Shown one piece after another: positions 1-11,063 of a DNA stretch of 64,000 nucleotides (the stretch's first letter is position 1; every line of letters starts with the position of its first letter). A program made the position numbers and the translations under genes. The stretch is taken from contig CAYQXY010000014.1 in the NCBI GenBank assembly GCA_964421595.1, forward strand, positions 10,536 to 74,535, given 5' to 3'. The DNA comes from an uncultured Bacteroidales bacterium (GTDB lineage Bacteria > Bacteroidota > Bacteroidia > Bacteroidales > PUMT01). Under the pieces are notes generated by a model that made no database searches, had not been told where the DNA came from, and was given only the letters and a program-made list of their open reading frames with translations.

Positions 1-588
1 TATTGCAGAGCTTTTCCATCCCGTGGGCATTAAAGTTCCATAAGGAGCGAAACTTACAGTACTGTCACTAATATCCGGGTTTGGGTTTGTACTGTAACAA
101 AACCCCAAGGTATCAATTCTGGTGTTTCCATCATGAAGCAAAGACAGATCTAATTCTGCCCGGTTATAGGCGGCGTCTAAACGCCATAGTGCCTCGGCTG
201 TATTTGTTCTGACTTGAGGCAGGCCCAAAGTACTAAATTCCAACTGTTTTCCATATACAGTACCCCGGCTGTTTGTGGCATATGCCCGGAGGTAGTACCT
301 GGTGTTTGAACTTAACCCCTTAAGGGTGTCAATAATATTAATGTTGCCGGAAAAAGAAGAGAAATTATTGTCCAGGTTTGGAAAAGGCTCGTTGCTCCAG
401 CAAAAACCATGGGCTATAATATCAGCGTTTCCATCATAAATAACCTCACTGGTTGCAACGGCTATGCTATCGTACACATATATAATTTCAGCGGTTACCT
501 CAGGCAGGAAAATTCTTTCCTTCTGACAACTGACTCCAATAATCAACAATACAGTAATGGCAATCGTTATGTTTGTAAATACTTTCAC
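1..588 (-). CDS. Partial lipoprotein with tandem beta-sandwich-type repeat modules (C-terminus lies beyond the window start)
   Basis: Absent from the ORF track because it runs off the window. I translated the minus strand by hand from the GTG at 586-588. It reads VKVFTNITIAITVLLIIGVSCQKE (signal peptide plus lipobox Cys). Two repeat modules follow, with GFCWSNEP...RYYLRAYATNSRGTVYGKQLEF and GFCYSTNPNP motifs. The frame stays open to position 1. Confidence 0.6.
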   Translation of the reverse strand, partial: MKVFTNITIAITVLLIIGVSCQKERIFLPEVTAEIIYVYDSIAVATSEVIYDGNADIIAHGFCWSNEPFPNLDNNFSSFSGNINIIDTLKGLSSNTRYYLRAYATNSRGTVYGKQLEFSTLGLPQVRTNTAEALWRLDAAYNRAELDLSLLHDGNTRIDTLGFCYSTNPNPDISDSTVSFAPYGTLMPTGWKSSAI

Positions 589-782
589 TTATTCTTCCGG
601 ATTAATCTAAAGATCAAATTAGTTTAATTTCCTATAATTTCAATGAAAAATTGGAATTTTATATTCACTGATTGTTTATCCATCCGAATGCGCCACGGCA
701 TAAGGGAGATTCATTCAACAATTATACAATATTTGGTCTATTACCCGGAATTCAGTAATTTTAGCCTGGTTTTTACTTCCAA

Positions 783-1577
783 ATGAAAAAACTCAAGGAA
801 AAAATTGTCTGGATTACAGGGGCATCATCTGGTATAGGTGAAGAACTGGCCTATGCCTTTGCCAGGGAAGGAGCCTTTCTGGTACTTTCGGCCCGTAACA
901 GTGAGAAACTGGATCAGGTCAGAACAAGATGCCTGCAGGATACTTCAAAATGCTGGGTGCACCCGGCAGACCTTCTGGATATAAATCAGCTCGACAATCT
1001 GGTTGCATCAGTTTTAAAAGAAACCGGAAGAATTGATATATTAATTAATAATGCCGGGAGAAGTCAAAGGTCATTTGCAAAAGAGACACCCCTGGAGATT
1101 GACCGCACTATTATGGAGCTTAATTTCTTCAGCAAGGTAGCCCTGACAAAGCTTGTTTTGCCTCATATGCTTAAAAACAGGAGCGGGCACATTGTTGTAA
1201 TCAGCAGTATTTCGGGGAAATTCGGTTTCCCTATGCGCACTGCCTATTCAGCTTCCAAACATGCTGTTCAGGGTTTTTTTGAGTCTCTAAGGGCTGAACT
1301 TGTGAATGATAATATCGGTGTAACCATTGTTTCACCAGGCAGGGTAAAAACCATGATATCGTTGAATGCCATTACAAGCTCAGGCGGCACATATGACAAA
1401 ATGGATGCCGGACAGGCTGAAGGAATGCCGGCAGATGAATGCGCAACCCGCATAGTTAAAGCCATTAAAAATAAGAGAAAAGAAGTTTTAATAGGTCAAA
1501 AGGAGGTAGCACTGGTCTATATCAGGCGCTTTCTTCCGGCCCTGTATTATAAAATAGTTACAGGGATAAAAAATTAA
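783..1577 (+). CDS. Short-chain dehydrogenase/reductase (SDR) family oxidoreductase
   Basis: 264-aa ORF with the classical SDR motifs TGASSGIG (TGxxxGxG), NNAG and catalytic YSASK (YxxxK). Confidence 0.9.
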   Translation: MKKLKEKIVWITGASSGIGEELAYAFAREGAFLVLSARNSEKLDQVRTRCLQDTSKCWVHPADLLDINQLDNLVASVLKETGRIDILINNAGRSQRSFAKETPLEIDRTIMELNFFSKVALTKLVLPHMLKNRSGHIVVISSISGKFGFPMRTAYSASKHAVQGFFESLRAELVNDNIGVTIVSPGRVKTMISLNAITSSGGTYDKMDAGQAEGMPADECATRIVKAIKNKRKEVLIGQKEVALVYIRRFLPALYYKIVTGIKN

Positions 1578-1609
1578 ATTGTCAGGAGTTAAATAATCAT
1601 ATTCAAGAT

Positions 1610-2665
1610 ATGAAAAAAAATATCTGCGGAATTCAACAAGTCGGTATTGGCTTAAACGATGCAAGAGAAGCATGGAAATGGTATCGGGCCCATTTCGGGA
1701 TGGATATAAATGTTTTCGAAGATACTGCAACAGCAAAGCTCATGCTGCCCTATACCAACGGAAAAGAGGTTAACCGATATGCAGCACTGGCGTTTAACAT
1801 GGAAGGCGGCGGCGGAATTGAGATCTGGCAACATACCGGCATGATACCCAGACCACCGGTTTTTAATGTCCGGCTGGGCGACTGCGGGATCTTTATTTGC
1901 AAGATGAAATGCAGGGATGTCCAAACGGCGTTTAATGAACATAAAAGCAGGGGACTTAATATTATGGGGGCAATAAGCAAAGATCCCCAGGGTTCGCAAC
2001 ACTATTACCTGCGCGATACATACGATAATATATTCGAGATTATTGAAGACAAAAGCCATTATATGAAACAGAAATCACTCACCGGGGGAGTGGCCGGAAC
2101 AGTGATTGGAGTATCCGATATTGACAATTCCCAAAAGGTATATTCTGATATTCTTGAATATGACCAGATAGTATATGATAAATCAGGCCATTTTGAAGAC
2201 CTTGCTGAACTTCCTGGCGGCGATGAAAAATACAGACGCGTTTTACTTAAGCATAAACCCCGAACCGGGCCATTCAGCAAACTGCTTGGACCAACTCAAA
2301 TTGAATTGATCCAGCCACTTGAAAGAAAACCCGGGAAAACATACAAAGACCGGATATGGGGTGAACTCGGATATATTCACTTATGTTTTGATGTTGTAGG
2401 AATGCAGGCACTTGAGAAAGAATGTGAGAGTAAAGGTTTTCCATTTACCGTCAACAGTGCAAATAGTTTTGATATGGGGGTTGCCGCAGGTCATTTTTCT
2501 TACATTTCCGATCCGGACGGCACACCCATAGAATTTGTGGAAACTCATAAACTACCGATTATTAAGAAAATTGGCTGGTATATGAATTTAAAGGGCAGAG
2601 ACCCCAAGAAATCACTGCCTGACTGGATGGTTAAGACGCTTAGGTTTAGCCGGGTCAAGGATTGA
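1610..2665 (+). CDS. VOC (glyoxalase/bleomycin-resistance/dioxygenase) superfamily protein, two-module
   Basis: 351-aa ORF starting 33 nt after the SDR stop. The N-terminal GIQQVGIGLNDAREAWKWY block and a second C-terminal module (HLCFDV...DPDGTPIEFVE) look like paired VOC modules. The substrate is unknown. Confidence 0.7.
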   Translation: MKKNICGIQQVGIGLNDAREAWKWYRAHFGMDINVFEDTATAKLMLPYTNGKEVNRYAALAFNMEGGGGIEIWQHTGMIPRPPVFNVRLGDCGIFICKMKCRDVQTAFNEHKSRGLNIMGAISKDPQGSQHYYLRDTYDNIFEIIEDKSHYMKQKSLTGGVAGTVIGVSDIDNSQKVYSDILEYDQIVYDKSGHFEDLAELPGGDEKYRRVLLKHKPRTGPFSKLLGPTQIELIQPLERKPGKTYKDRIWGELGYIHLCFDVVGMQALEKECESKGFPFTVNSANSFDMGVAAGHFSYISDPDGTPIEFVETHKLPIIKKIGWYMNLKGRDPKKSLPDWMVKTLRFSRVKD

Positions 2666-4172
2666 ATTCCTTACGGGGAAGCATTTCATCCCTCATTGCA
2701 GTATGGTATACAATTATGGCTACTACAGTGGCTGCTTGTTTCATGTCATCAAGTTGCATCCGTTCAAATGTATCCATATTGGTATGATAACCACGCCCAT
2801 AATCCAGCCTGTCCTGGATAAACTGAAACCCGGGGAGTCCCGCCCTGTCAAAAGCAACATGGTCAGTGCTACCGGTACTTCTTAAAGTTACGGTTCCAGC
2901 TCCAAGATCCTTTAATGGCTCAAACCATGATTCAAAAATGGGCCGCAAAGCTTCATTATTCTGGAGGTAAACTCCCCTGATCTTACCTGATCCGTTATCA
3001 ACATTGTAATATGCGGAAAGTTTCTCATGACCTTTTTTTATACCTCCGTCGGCAGGGTCATGAAAATGTTCACGCACGTAACTTCTGGAGCCGAATAAAC
3101 CCTGTTCCTCACCGCCCCATAAGGCAATACGAATTGTTCGTCTGGGCTTGACATCCAGATCCTTCAGGATACGCATAACCTCCATCATGACAGCTACACC
3201 GGAAGCATTATCATTTCCACCTGTCCCAGCATGCCATGAATCAAGGTGTCCGCCTATTATGATAACCTCATCTTTAAGACGGCGGTCAGTTCCGGGAATC
3301 TCTGCAATAACATTATAGCCAAGCTGATCATTATATAAAAAGCGGTTACGTATATCAAGTTCCAGTTCAACTTCAATACCTGCCTCGAGTAGCCTTACAA
3401 TCCGGCCATAATGTTCAGTTGTCATATCAACAATTGCCATTCCCGGTTCGTTGCTGACATTATAATCACGGCCATGTGACCTGACTACACCAAATACTCC
3501 TGAGGGATTAAGTAAGGCGAGGACTCCCTCCTCTTCAAGAAAATTCATTATTTCCCGGCTTAATGGACGTTGTGGAGTATATTCGCTTGCCGGTCTCTGG
3601 GTTTGTCCTGAAGTACCAGCATCAGGATATTGAGCCAAATTCTCCAGATCTTCATCTTCCCATCGTGAAGCCATAGGGGTGAACGATAATCGGGGTTCAG
3701 AAGTAACCGGTGTTACTACTACTTTACCTTTGAGTTTGCCTCTGTATTTATCATAATCTGAGTCTTCCTGTATATTGACCAGTACCGGTCTGTTTACAAC
3801 CAGGCTGTCAGTTCCCTTTGTCCATGCCCGCGGCACTGCAATCAGATGCTGGTAATATGGCCTGGTCATTGCAATATAGAATTTCTCATTATCCCATCCT
3901 CGACCAAAATTTCCCCACGGCACAACCTGTACGTTGCTTAAACCCCATTCTTCCAACTGTTCACTGGTCCACGTATAAGCATTGCTTAATCCGGTACTGC
4001 CTGAAAGTCTCGGACCAATATAGTCAGTAAGATAAAAGGATATATCCCTGATTTGGGAATTATTGAGCCCTTCCTCCCTGATTTTGTTAACCATATCAAG
4101 ATTAACAGGTTCAGAAGCCAGTACAGTTCCTGACAACAGAAAAATGAATATAATTCTCTGAAATGAATGCAT
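2655..4172 (-). CDS. M28 family metallo-aminopeptidase (secreted, PA-domain type)
   Basis: 505 aa with a signal peptide (MHSFQRIIFIFLLSGTVLA). The metal-ligand blocks IIIGGHLDSWHAGTGGNDNASGVAVMMEVMRIL and WGGEEQGLFGS are present. Its 3' end overlaps the convergent VOC gene by 11 nt. Confidence 0.85.
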   Translation of the reverse strand: MHSFQRIIFIFLLSGTVLASEPVNLDMVNKIREEGLNNSQIRDISFYLTDYIGPRLSGSTGLSNAYTWTSEQLEEWGLSNVQVVPWGNFGRGWDNEKFYIAMTRPYYQHLIAVPRAWTKGTDSLVVNRPVLVNIQEDSDYDKYRGKLKGKVVVTPVTSEPRLSFTPMASRWEDEDLENLAQYPDAGTSGQTQRPASEYTPQRPLSREIMNFLEEEGVLALLNPSGVFGVVRSHGRDYNVSNEPGMAIVDMTTEHYGRIVRLLEAGIEVELELDIRNRFLYNDQLGYNVIAEIPGTDRRLKDEVIIIGGHLDSWHAGTGGNDNASGVAVMMEVMRILKDLDVKPRRTIRIALWGGEEQGLFGSRSYVREHFHDPADGGIKKGHEKLSAYYNVDNGSGKIRGVYLQNNEALRPIFESWFEPLKDLGAGTVTLRSTGSTDHVAFDRAGLPGFQFIQDRLDYGRGYHTNMDTFERMQLDDMKQAATVVAIIVYHTAMRDEMLPRKEFNP

Positions 4173-4438
4173 GATGGAATAATTTAAGATATAACTGTGC
4201 TTTAGTTTAATAGAAGCGCAAAATAATTAAAAAAATTTAATTTACCCGTAAGCAGATTATTGGCATCCGGAATTCCATGGATTACCAAAACCCTATTTAT
4301 CTGCAAGATGCGACATTTAAAGTAATACCAGAAAGGAATGATAATTTTTGTTAATTTTACAAATAAAGAAATTCTGGTTCAAAATAGGAAGAAACAATCT
4401 CTAAAGATCAGTAAATCCAAATACCTAAAATTCCAGTC

Positions 4439-5077
4439 ATGATATGTACAAGCATTGGCAATGTTGATTTTGAAACTGTTCTTGAAAAATCTAAAACAGA
4501 GGAACTTATTGAATTAAGACTTGATCTGATAGAACTGACCAAAGAGCAGATAAAAAGCATTTGCTCACAAAAAGCAAAAACAATTGTAACATGCCGTCCG
4601 GGAAAATTAAATGATGAAGAGAGGCTGGGTTTAATCAAACAGGCAATCCTGGCCGGTGCTTCACTGGTTGATACCGAGTGGGATGCCAGCGACGACTTTA
4701 TAGATGAACTGGTTCCCTTTGCCAGGGGCCATGATTGCAGGGTAATAGTCTCCTTTCATGATCCGGACAAAACCCCGGTAAAGAGAGAACTTGAGCAGAT
4801 CGTGAAAGAGTGCTCGATGAGCGGGGCCGATATTGTAAAGATAGTCTGCAAGGTTAACAGCAAAGAAGATAATGCACGTATACTCAGCCTGTATTCATTG
4901 GGTAAAAACATCATCGCACTCGGACTCGGAAGTCTTGGCAAAATAACCCGAATAGCAGCACCACTTATCGGAGCTGAGTTTACATATGCATCACTCGGGA
5001 AGGGCCTTGAAACAGCTGACGGACAAATGAGCAAGTCTTCAATGGAGCGTACCTATAAAGCTTTTGGACAAGCTTAG
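4439..5077 (+). CDS. aroD: Type I 3-dehydroquinate dehydratase
   Basis: 212 aa. Blocks ELRLD, VDTEW, VSFHD (catalytic His context) and ADIVKIVCK (Schiff-base Lys context) match type I dehydroquinase. It is somewhat shorter than enteric AroD. Confidence 0.75.
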   Translation: MICTSIGNVDFETVLEKSKTEELIELRLDLIELTKEQIKSICSQKAKTIVTCRPGKLNDEERLGLIKQAILAGASLVDTEWDASDDFIDELVPFARGHDCRVIVSFHDPDKTPVKRELEQIVKECSMSGADIVKIVCKVNSKEDNARILSLYSLGKNIIALGLGSLGKITRIAAPLIGAEFTYASLGKGLETADGQMSKSSMERTYKAFGQA

Positions 5078-5383
5078 GCGCCTGTTCCTTTTACCCGGCC
5101 TGAAATTTGTTTGAATTGGTAATCCATCGCTGGTAACCAATGAATCGGTCACAGGTTCTTTCTTTTGAAATTAACAATATTATATTTATTCGGATTAAAA
5201 AGTGAACTACCTTGATGTAGATGTGTTTATTCCATTGGAAAGATTAAATCACCAAACAGTCAGCCGGCAGATTAAATGAACTTTCTGTATATTTGCTCCC
5301 GGAGTCTGAACACAGGTTATAAAATGCTTTAAATCAGCAATAAAACCTTTATATTAACAGGTCTTTAATAATATCATATATTT

Positions 5384-6583
5384 ATGTCCGGAAAAACAGT
5401 ATTGCGTAAGGTTATTCCAGTTCTGTTTGTTTTTCTTATCATACTATACTCGTGTGAAAAGGAAAGAAATAACACCAATCCTGAACCTGAATATCTGGTT
5501 GAATCGGAATTATTGTATGAATATACTACTACAGAGATCCTCAACTTGCTCAGTTCCAATGCAGAGTTCCCTCAGGAAATAATCCAGATAGCCGAAAATC
5601 TTGTTCAGAATGGCATTTCGGCATACCGGGTAGTATACGAAACTGTTGACATCAACAACGATCCGATTCTCGCATCAGGTGCCGTTGTTGTACCGACAGG
5701 AAGTTCACCATATCCGGCAATAAGCTTCCAGCATGGAACTCTAAATTCGGATGAGGATGCCCCGTCATATTTTAGTTCAAATACATACCTGCCTGCAATG
5801 GTATATGCGTCTGCCGGATTCATAATCATTCTGCCCGATTACCTTGGATACGGTGTATCAAATCATATAGACCATCCATATGAACATGGCAAATCTCTTG
5901 CAACCGCTTCCCGCGATATGTTAAGAGCCTTCAAAGAATTCGATTTATTGGATGATGGATTTCAGGCAGGTGAAAAACTGTTCCTTACAGGTTATTCTGA
6001 AGGCGGATACGCTACAATGGCCTTGCTCAAGCTATTAGAAGAAGAACACAGTAATGAGTTCAAGGTAACTGCAGCAACAGCAGGTGCTGGTGCTTACAAT
6101 AAAACGGCATTTGCGAAACATATAATGGAATCTAATACCAGGCTAACTTACATTAATTCATTTTTATGGGTTCTTGATACATATAATAATATATATGGAT
6201 TAAACCGACCTTATAATCATTTTTTTAATGAACCTTATGCAGGAACAATTGAAGCCGGAGGAGTCTTTGCCAATACCCAGAGGAATCCTTCCATCCTGTT
6301 TACTGATGAGTTCAGGAGTGGGATACTTCAGGGCACCGACTCGCAATTTTTAAATGTACTTGCCGACAACGACAACTACGACTGGAAACCAGTTACCCCG
6401 CTTCGGCTTTACCACGGGACAGATGATGATTATGTTTTCTATTTTAATTCTGTTACTGCTTATGATGCAATGAAAGAGAGAGGTTCTTCCTCTGTTAGTT
6501 TTAGTTCCATCCAGGGCGGAAACCATAACACATCGTTATTCGATTACTTTACCGGAAGCTTACTGTTTTTTAGTGCCTTTTAA
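5384..6583 (+). CDS. Alpha/beta-hydrolase lipoprotein (secretory-lipase-like)
   Basis: 399 aa with a lipoprotein signal (VLFVFLIILYSC) and a nucleophile elbow GYSEGG (GxSxG). A late HGTDDD block is consistent with the acid residue of the catalytic triad. Confidence 0.7.
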   Translation: MSGKTVLRKVIPVLFVFLIILYSCEKERNNTNPEPEYLVESELLYEYTTTEILNLLSSNAEFPQEIIQIAENLVQNGISAYRVVYETVDINNDPILASGAVVVPTGSSPYPAISFQHGTLNSDEDAPSYFSSNTYLPAMVYASAGFIIILPDYLGYGVSNHIDHPYEHGKSLATASRDMLRAFKEFDLLDDGFQAGEKLFLTGYSEGGYATMALLKLLEEEHSNEFKVTAATAGAGAYNKTAFAKHIMESNTRLTYINSFLWVLDTYNNIYGLNRPYNHFFNEPYAGTIEAGGVFANTQRNPSILFTDEFRSGILQGTDSQFLNVLADNDNYDWKPVTPLRLYHGTDDDYVFYFNSVTAYDAMKERGSSSVSFSSIQGGNHNTSLFDYFTGSLLFFSAF

Positions 6584-6790
6584 TGCCACAAAAGTTATAT
6601 TGAACTGCTCACAGCATTTCCTCCCCTAACAGTATATAGCTTAATTATTTAGTATAATAAGTTCTGTATTGGCAATTTGTTTTTGATTAAAACAACAAAA
6701 ACTTTTTATCATTTATTGATTTGTTTTCCTGAATATTTATATTTTTAGGCAATTTTTATCGGATGTCATGACAATTAACAATTAAATTGC

Positions 6791-8062
6791 ATGTACTTAT
6801 CAAAATTGTTTGAAAATACGAACGACTCAGTTCGGAAAAAAAACGGGAATGCCAGAAAACTTCTTCTTAAAAAACAGATATTCAGCATTCTCTATCTTGA
6901 AGATCATAAGACTATAGCTGACCTGTGTATTCCTGTAAGTGTCAGCATACCAACTATGACCAGGATTATGCAGGAACTCATAGAGGATGGGTGGGTGCTT
7001 GAACTTGGCACCGGAGAATCCCGTGGCGGCAGGAAACCAGTGTTTTATGGCCTTAATCCCCGAATAAGATATATTCTGGGGATTGAGATGACTAAAAAAT
7101 ATACCCGTATCAATATCTTCGATCTCCAGAATAATGCTATCGGAGATAATCTGCAGCTGGATATAGAACTAAACAATGCTCCCGAAACCTTTGAGTTCCT
7201 CAAAAACCAGATTGACCTGTTTATTGCCCAAAATAATATAGACAAGGAAAAAATACTGGGAGCAGGGATAAGTATGCCCGGCTTAATTGATAAAAAAACC
7301 AATATCAATTACAGCTATCCAAACCTTGGAGAAAAACCACTCGGTGAATTATTCAGCGAGCTGCTTGAAATGCCATCATTTATTGAACATGATACCAAAG
7401 CAATGGCTTTGGGTGAATCATGGTTCGGACTGGCTAAAAACAAGTCAAACGTTCTCTGTCTGAATGTCGGATCGGGTGTAGGCCTTGGAATGATCTTAAA
7501 AGGTGATCTTTACCAGGGTGTTTCAGGTTTTTCAGGCGAATTCGGCCATATTCAAATGATACCTGACGGCGAATTGTGTGACTGTGGCAAAATTGGTTGC
7601 CTCGAAACAGTTGCGTCCGGCTCAGCTCTTGTTGCTAAAGCCAAACAAAAGATATCAGAAGGCACAAACTCAATCATAAAGAAACTTGTTAATGATAATA
7701 TTGAGTCAATTAAATTACCGGTAATTATCAAGGCGGCTCACCAGGGTGACCAGTTTGCAATTGAACTTATAGAGGAATCAGGCGGATTTCTTGCTCGTGG
7801 ACTGGCAGTTTTGATCCATCTTTTAAATCCTGAAACCATTATTATCGGTGGTGATCTTGCCCAGGCTGAAAACCTGCTTTCAGATCCTATTCAACAAAAA
7901 TTAAACAAGTATACATTAAGCAGAATACGCCAGGATGCCAGCATTTTTACCTCAGAACTTAAGGAGCAGGCTGGTCTGCTTGGCACTATCCCTGTAGTCA
8001 TGACCAATATCTTCTCACAGGAACCCAACATCTATAATTTACATAATTCAAATAAATCATGA
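6791..8062 (+). CDS. ROK family transcriptional regulator (NagC/Mlc-like)
   Basis: 423 aa. It has an N-terminal winged helix (TIADLCIPVSVSIPTMTRIMQELIEDGWV), a ROK glycine-rich block (LNVGSGVGLG) and the zinc motif HIQMIPDGELCDCGKIGCLE. Its stop overlaps the next gene's start (ATGA at 8059-8062). Confidence 0.85.
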   Translation: MYLSKLFENTNDSVRKKNGNARKLLLKKQIFSILYLEDHKTIADLCIPVSVSIPTMTRIMQELIEDGWVLELGTGESRGGRKPVFYGLNPRIRYILGIEMTKKYTRINIFDLQNNAIGDNLQLDIELNNAPETFEFLKNQIDLFIAQNNIDKEKILGAGISMPGLIDKKTNINYSYPNLGEKPLGELFSELLEMPSFIEHDTKAMALGESWFGLAKNKSNVLCLNVGSGVGLGMILKGDLYQGVSGFSGEFGHIQMIPDGELCDCGKIGCLETVASGSALVAKAKQKISEGTNSIIKKLVNDNIESIKLPVIIKAAHQGDQFAIELIEESGGFLARGLAVLIHLLNPETIIIGGDLAQAENLLSDPIQQKLNKYTLSRIRQDASIFTSELKEQAGLLGTIPVVMTNIFSQEPNIYNLHNSNKS

Positions 8063-9900
8063 TACTTCAACCGATTGACTGGACCATTCTGGTTATTTTC
8101 TTTATAATCCTGCTGTCGATAGGCTACATTGCATCAAGGCAAGCGGGTAACAGTACCACCAATTTTTTTCTATCAGGCCGCAATATGCCCTGGTGGCTGC
8201 TGGGAGTCTCGATGGTGGCAACAACTTTTTCAGCTGACACCCCGAACCTGGTTACCGATATGGTCCGTACCGGAGGCGTAGCAAGCAACTGGCTCTGGTG
8301 GGCATTTCTTTTAACAGGAATGCTTACTGTTTTTGTTTATGCCAAACTGTGGAACCGATCACAGGTAATGACAGATCTTGAATTCTATGAGTTGAGGTAT
8401 GCCGGGAAAATGGCAGCCTTTTTAAGAGGATTCAGGGCTATTTATCTTGGATTCTTTTTTAATGTCATGGTTATCGCAAGTGTTTCGCTTGCATTTATCA
8501 AAATAGCAGGTGTAATGCTCGGACTTCAGCCCGCTCCTGCCCTGATAATTGCTGCTGTAATTGTAGTGTTTTACAGTGGTCTCGGGGGACTGAAGTCAAT
8601 ATTGTGGACTGACCTTTTTCAGTTTAGCTTTGCTATGTTTGGAGCTGTTGTAGCTGCCTATTACGTCACAACTTCACCTGAGATAGGGGGCTTGTCTGCT
8701 CTTTTTTCTCATCCCAATGTTGTTGATAAACTAAGTTTTGTTCCAAGCATCTCCCAGCCCGAACTCTTTATGAGCATCTTTCTTATACCTCTTGCAGTCC
8801 AGTGGTGGGCAGCCTGGTATCCAGGAGCAGAGCCCGGAGGAGGCGGTTATGTTGCCCAGAGAATGCTGTCGGCTAAAAATGAAGACCATGCAGTCGGTGC
8901 CACACTGCTGTTCAACTTCTTTCATTATGCATTGCGTCCATGGCCATGGATCGTCGTTGGCCTGGCCTCACTGATAATTTTTCCGGATATCCAGTCAATG
9001 GTAGACCAGTTCCCTGATGTTTCAACTCAGTATATACAAAATGATTTTGCTTATCCTGCCATGCTCAGGGAATTCCTCCCGGCTGGATTACTGGGACTGG
9101 TAGTTGCCTCATTAATAGCTGCATATATGTCTACTACCGCCTCACAGCTTAACTGGGGATCTTCATACCTTGTGAATGATTTCTATGGCCGATTCTATAA
9201 CCCCGATGCTACAGAAAAGCAAAAAGTAAGATTCGGAAGATTAAGCACTGTAGTTTTAATGGTCTGCTCTGTATTACTGGCACTGGTATTGCAAAATGCC
9301 CTGCAGGCTTTCCAGTATCTTCTGATGATTGGTGCAGGTACCGGACTTATCTATATTCTTCGCTGGTTCTGGTGGAGGATTAATGCATATTCCGAGATGG
9401 CTGCCATGCTTGGTGCAGGTATTTTTTCACTTATGTTCATTATAATTGAAAATTTTGGTATGACAAGACCAGGCCCCGATACTGTAGAGGTTCTTGGAAT
9501 GACAACTTCAGTTATATACTGGAATATTATTAAATTTACCGGTGTAGTGTTCCTGACTTCAGCTTCATGGATAGTGGTTACCTTCATTACACGTCCGATA
9601 AATGAAGAAACTCTCCGTAATTTTTACCGCAAGATCAGGCCCGGAGGTCCGGGATGGAAAAAAGTTGTAGACAGGGCAAGAGCTGAGAATATTGAACTGG
9701 TAAAGGAAAAGGATCTGAGATGGGACGTTCCGACAGGTATACTTTGTATGATACTTGGATGTATTTCGATTTACAGTGTCTTGTTTACAATAGGAAATCT
9801 GCTATACGGCGATATCGGACAAGCGTTGATATTTATTGGCATAACTATTGTCTCTTCAATTCTGCTGTTAAGAGCATGGAACAAGCTTAAATCAAGGTAA
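8059..9900 (+). CDS. Sodium:solute symporter (SSS) family transporter
   Basis: 613 aa with many predicted TM helices. SSS-like blocks FFLSGRNMPWW, GLGGLKSILWTD and GGGYVAQRMLSAK are present. It appears translationally coupled to the ROK gene. Confidence 0.85.
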   Translation: MILQPIDWTILVIFFIILLSIGYIASRQAGNSTTNFFLSGRNMPWWLLGVSMVATTFSADTPNLVTDMVRTGGVASNWLWWAFLLTGMLTVFVYAKLWNRSQVMTDLEFYELRYAGKMAAFLRGFRAIYLGFFFNVMVIASVSLAFIKIAGVMLGLQPAPALIIAAVIVVFYSGLGGLKSILWTDLFQFSFAMFGAVVAAYYVTTSPEIGGLSALFSHPNVVDKLSFVPSISQPELFMSIFLIPLAVQWWAAWYPGAEPGGGGYVAQRMLSAKNEDHAVGATLLFNFFHYALRPWPWIVVGLASLIIFPDIQSMVDQFPDVSTQYIQNDFAYPAMLREFLPAGLLGLVVASLIAAYMSTTASQLNWGSSYLVNDFYGRFYNPDATEKQKVRFGRLSTVVLMVCSVLLALVLQNALQAFQYLLMIGAGTGLIYILRWFWWRINAYSEMAAMLGAGIFSLMFIIIENFGMTRPGPDTVEVLGMTTSVIYWNIIKFTGVVFLTSASWIVVTFITRPINEETLRNFYRKIRPGGPGWKKVVDRARAENIELVKEKDLRWDVPTGILCMILGCISIYSVLFTIGNLLYGDIGQALIFIGITIVSSILLLRAWNKLKSR

Positions 9901-10162
9901 GGAATCTTACAGGACGATCTTGTTATTATCCTTAAAGGCAATGTAATACATGCATGGTATTTTCTATAAAATCAATCAATAAATTGAATCTGCCAGTTGC
10001 CGTGTATAAAAGTTGAAATCAAGATAGTATGGGTGATCAATTCCTGGTAACCACAAATTCCTGTATACGTCTTACCTGAAAAGTCCGGAGGGTCATTCTG
10101 TGGTAACAACTGAACCTGGCTTGTATACTGCTATGTTAAATTAATAACTTAAAAATATTCGG

Positions 10163-11062
10163 ATGAAACCGACATTACTCATTATGGCAGCGGGCCTTGG
10201 AAGCCGCTACGGAAGTCTTAAACAAATAGAACCAATAGGTCCCGGAGGCGAGGCTATTATTGATTACTCAGTATATGATGCTATCAGGGCCGGCTTTGGG
10301 AAAGTTGTATTTGTAATTAAGAAGGAAATTGAAGCTGATTTTCAGGGGAGCCTTTTAAAACGCTTTGAAAACAGGATTGAAACCAGCTATGTTTTTCAGG
10401 AGCTCGATATGTTGCCTGAAGGTTTCTCTTTACCACCGGATCGCAAAAAGCCATGGGGAACAGCGCATGCTATATTGATTTCTGAGAGCGCAATTGACAC
10501 TCCTTTTGCAGCTATCAATGCTGATGATTTTTATGGATATGAATCATTCAGTGAACTTAATTCATTTCTCACCGGGAAAAACAAGGAAACCGACTATTGC
10601 ATGGTTGGATATAAACTTAAAAATACACTTTCAGAACACGGAACTGTATCAAGAGGACTCTGTGACATTGATGATAAAGGCTTTTTACGGACTGTCACTG
10701 AACTGACCAAAATAAAACAGGAAGGTGCCGGTATAGTCTATTATGAAAATGATGAGAAAATTAGTCTGCCGGAAGAATCAATTGTTTCAATGAACATGTG
10801 GGGCTTTAACGAAAGTGTTTTTCAAAAAATTAAAGAGCGGTTCTCTGCATTTCTGGAAGAATCTATAAATGACCCTAAAGCAGAGTTTTATATTCCTACA
10901 ATGGTTGATTTGCTTATAAAAAGCGGAGAGGCAAGAGTTAAGGTATTGAACAGTAATGCTACCTGGTTTGGAATAACATACAAAGAAGATAAGGAAGCTG
11001 TAAAACAAAGTGTCCTAAGCAAAATTGATTCAGGGGACTATCCCCGGAAATTATGGAAGTAG
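10163..11062 (+). CDS. Sugar-1-phosphate nucleotidyltransferase
   Basis: 299 aa. The N-terminal LIMAAGLGSRYGSLKQ signature (GxGxR...K) is typical of NDP-sugar pyrophosphorylases. The next gene starts 1 nt after its stop. Confidence 0.75.
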   Translation: MKPTLLIMAAGLGSRYGSLKQIEPIGPGGEAIIDYSVYDAIRAGFGKVVFVIKKEIEADFQGSLLKRFENRIETSYVFQELDMLPEGFSLPPDRKKPWGTAHAILISESAIDTPFAAINADDFYGYESFSELNSFLTGKNKETDYCMVGYKLKNTLSEHGTVSRGLCDIDDKGFLRTVTELTKIKQEGAGIVYYENDEKISLPEESIVSMNMWGFNESVFQKIKERFSAFLEESINDPKAEFYIPTMVDLLIKSGEARVKVLNSNATWFGITYKEDKEAVKQSVLSKIDSGDYPRKLWK

Positions 11063-11063
11063 C

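Noticed and set aside
409-627. 72-aa plus-strand ORF in the track
   Set aside because: It lies antisense to, and inside, the much better supported minus-strand lipoprotein gene (1..588). That gene has a signal peptide, a lipobox and repeat motifs. The 72-aa product is low-complexity and has no motif.
9901-10162. Possible riboswitch or structured leader upstream of the nucleotidyltransferase gene (ACCACA...TGTGGT pairing across about 50 nt)
   Set aside because: It has only one 6-bp long-range pairing and no recognisable conserved core. That is not distinguishable from chance in a 260-nt spacer.
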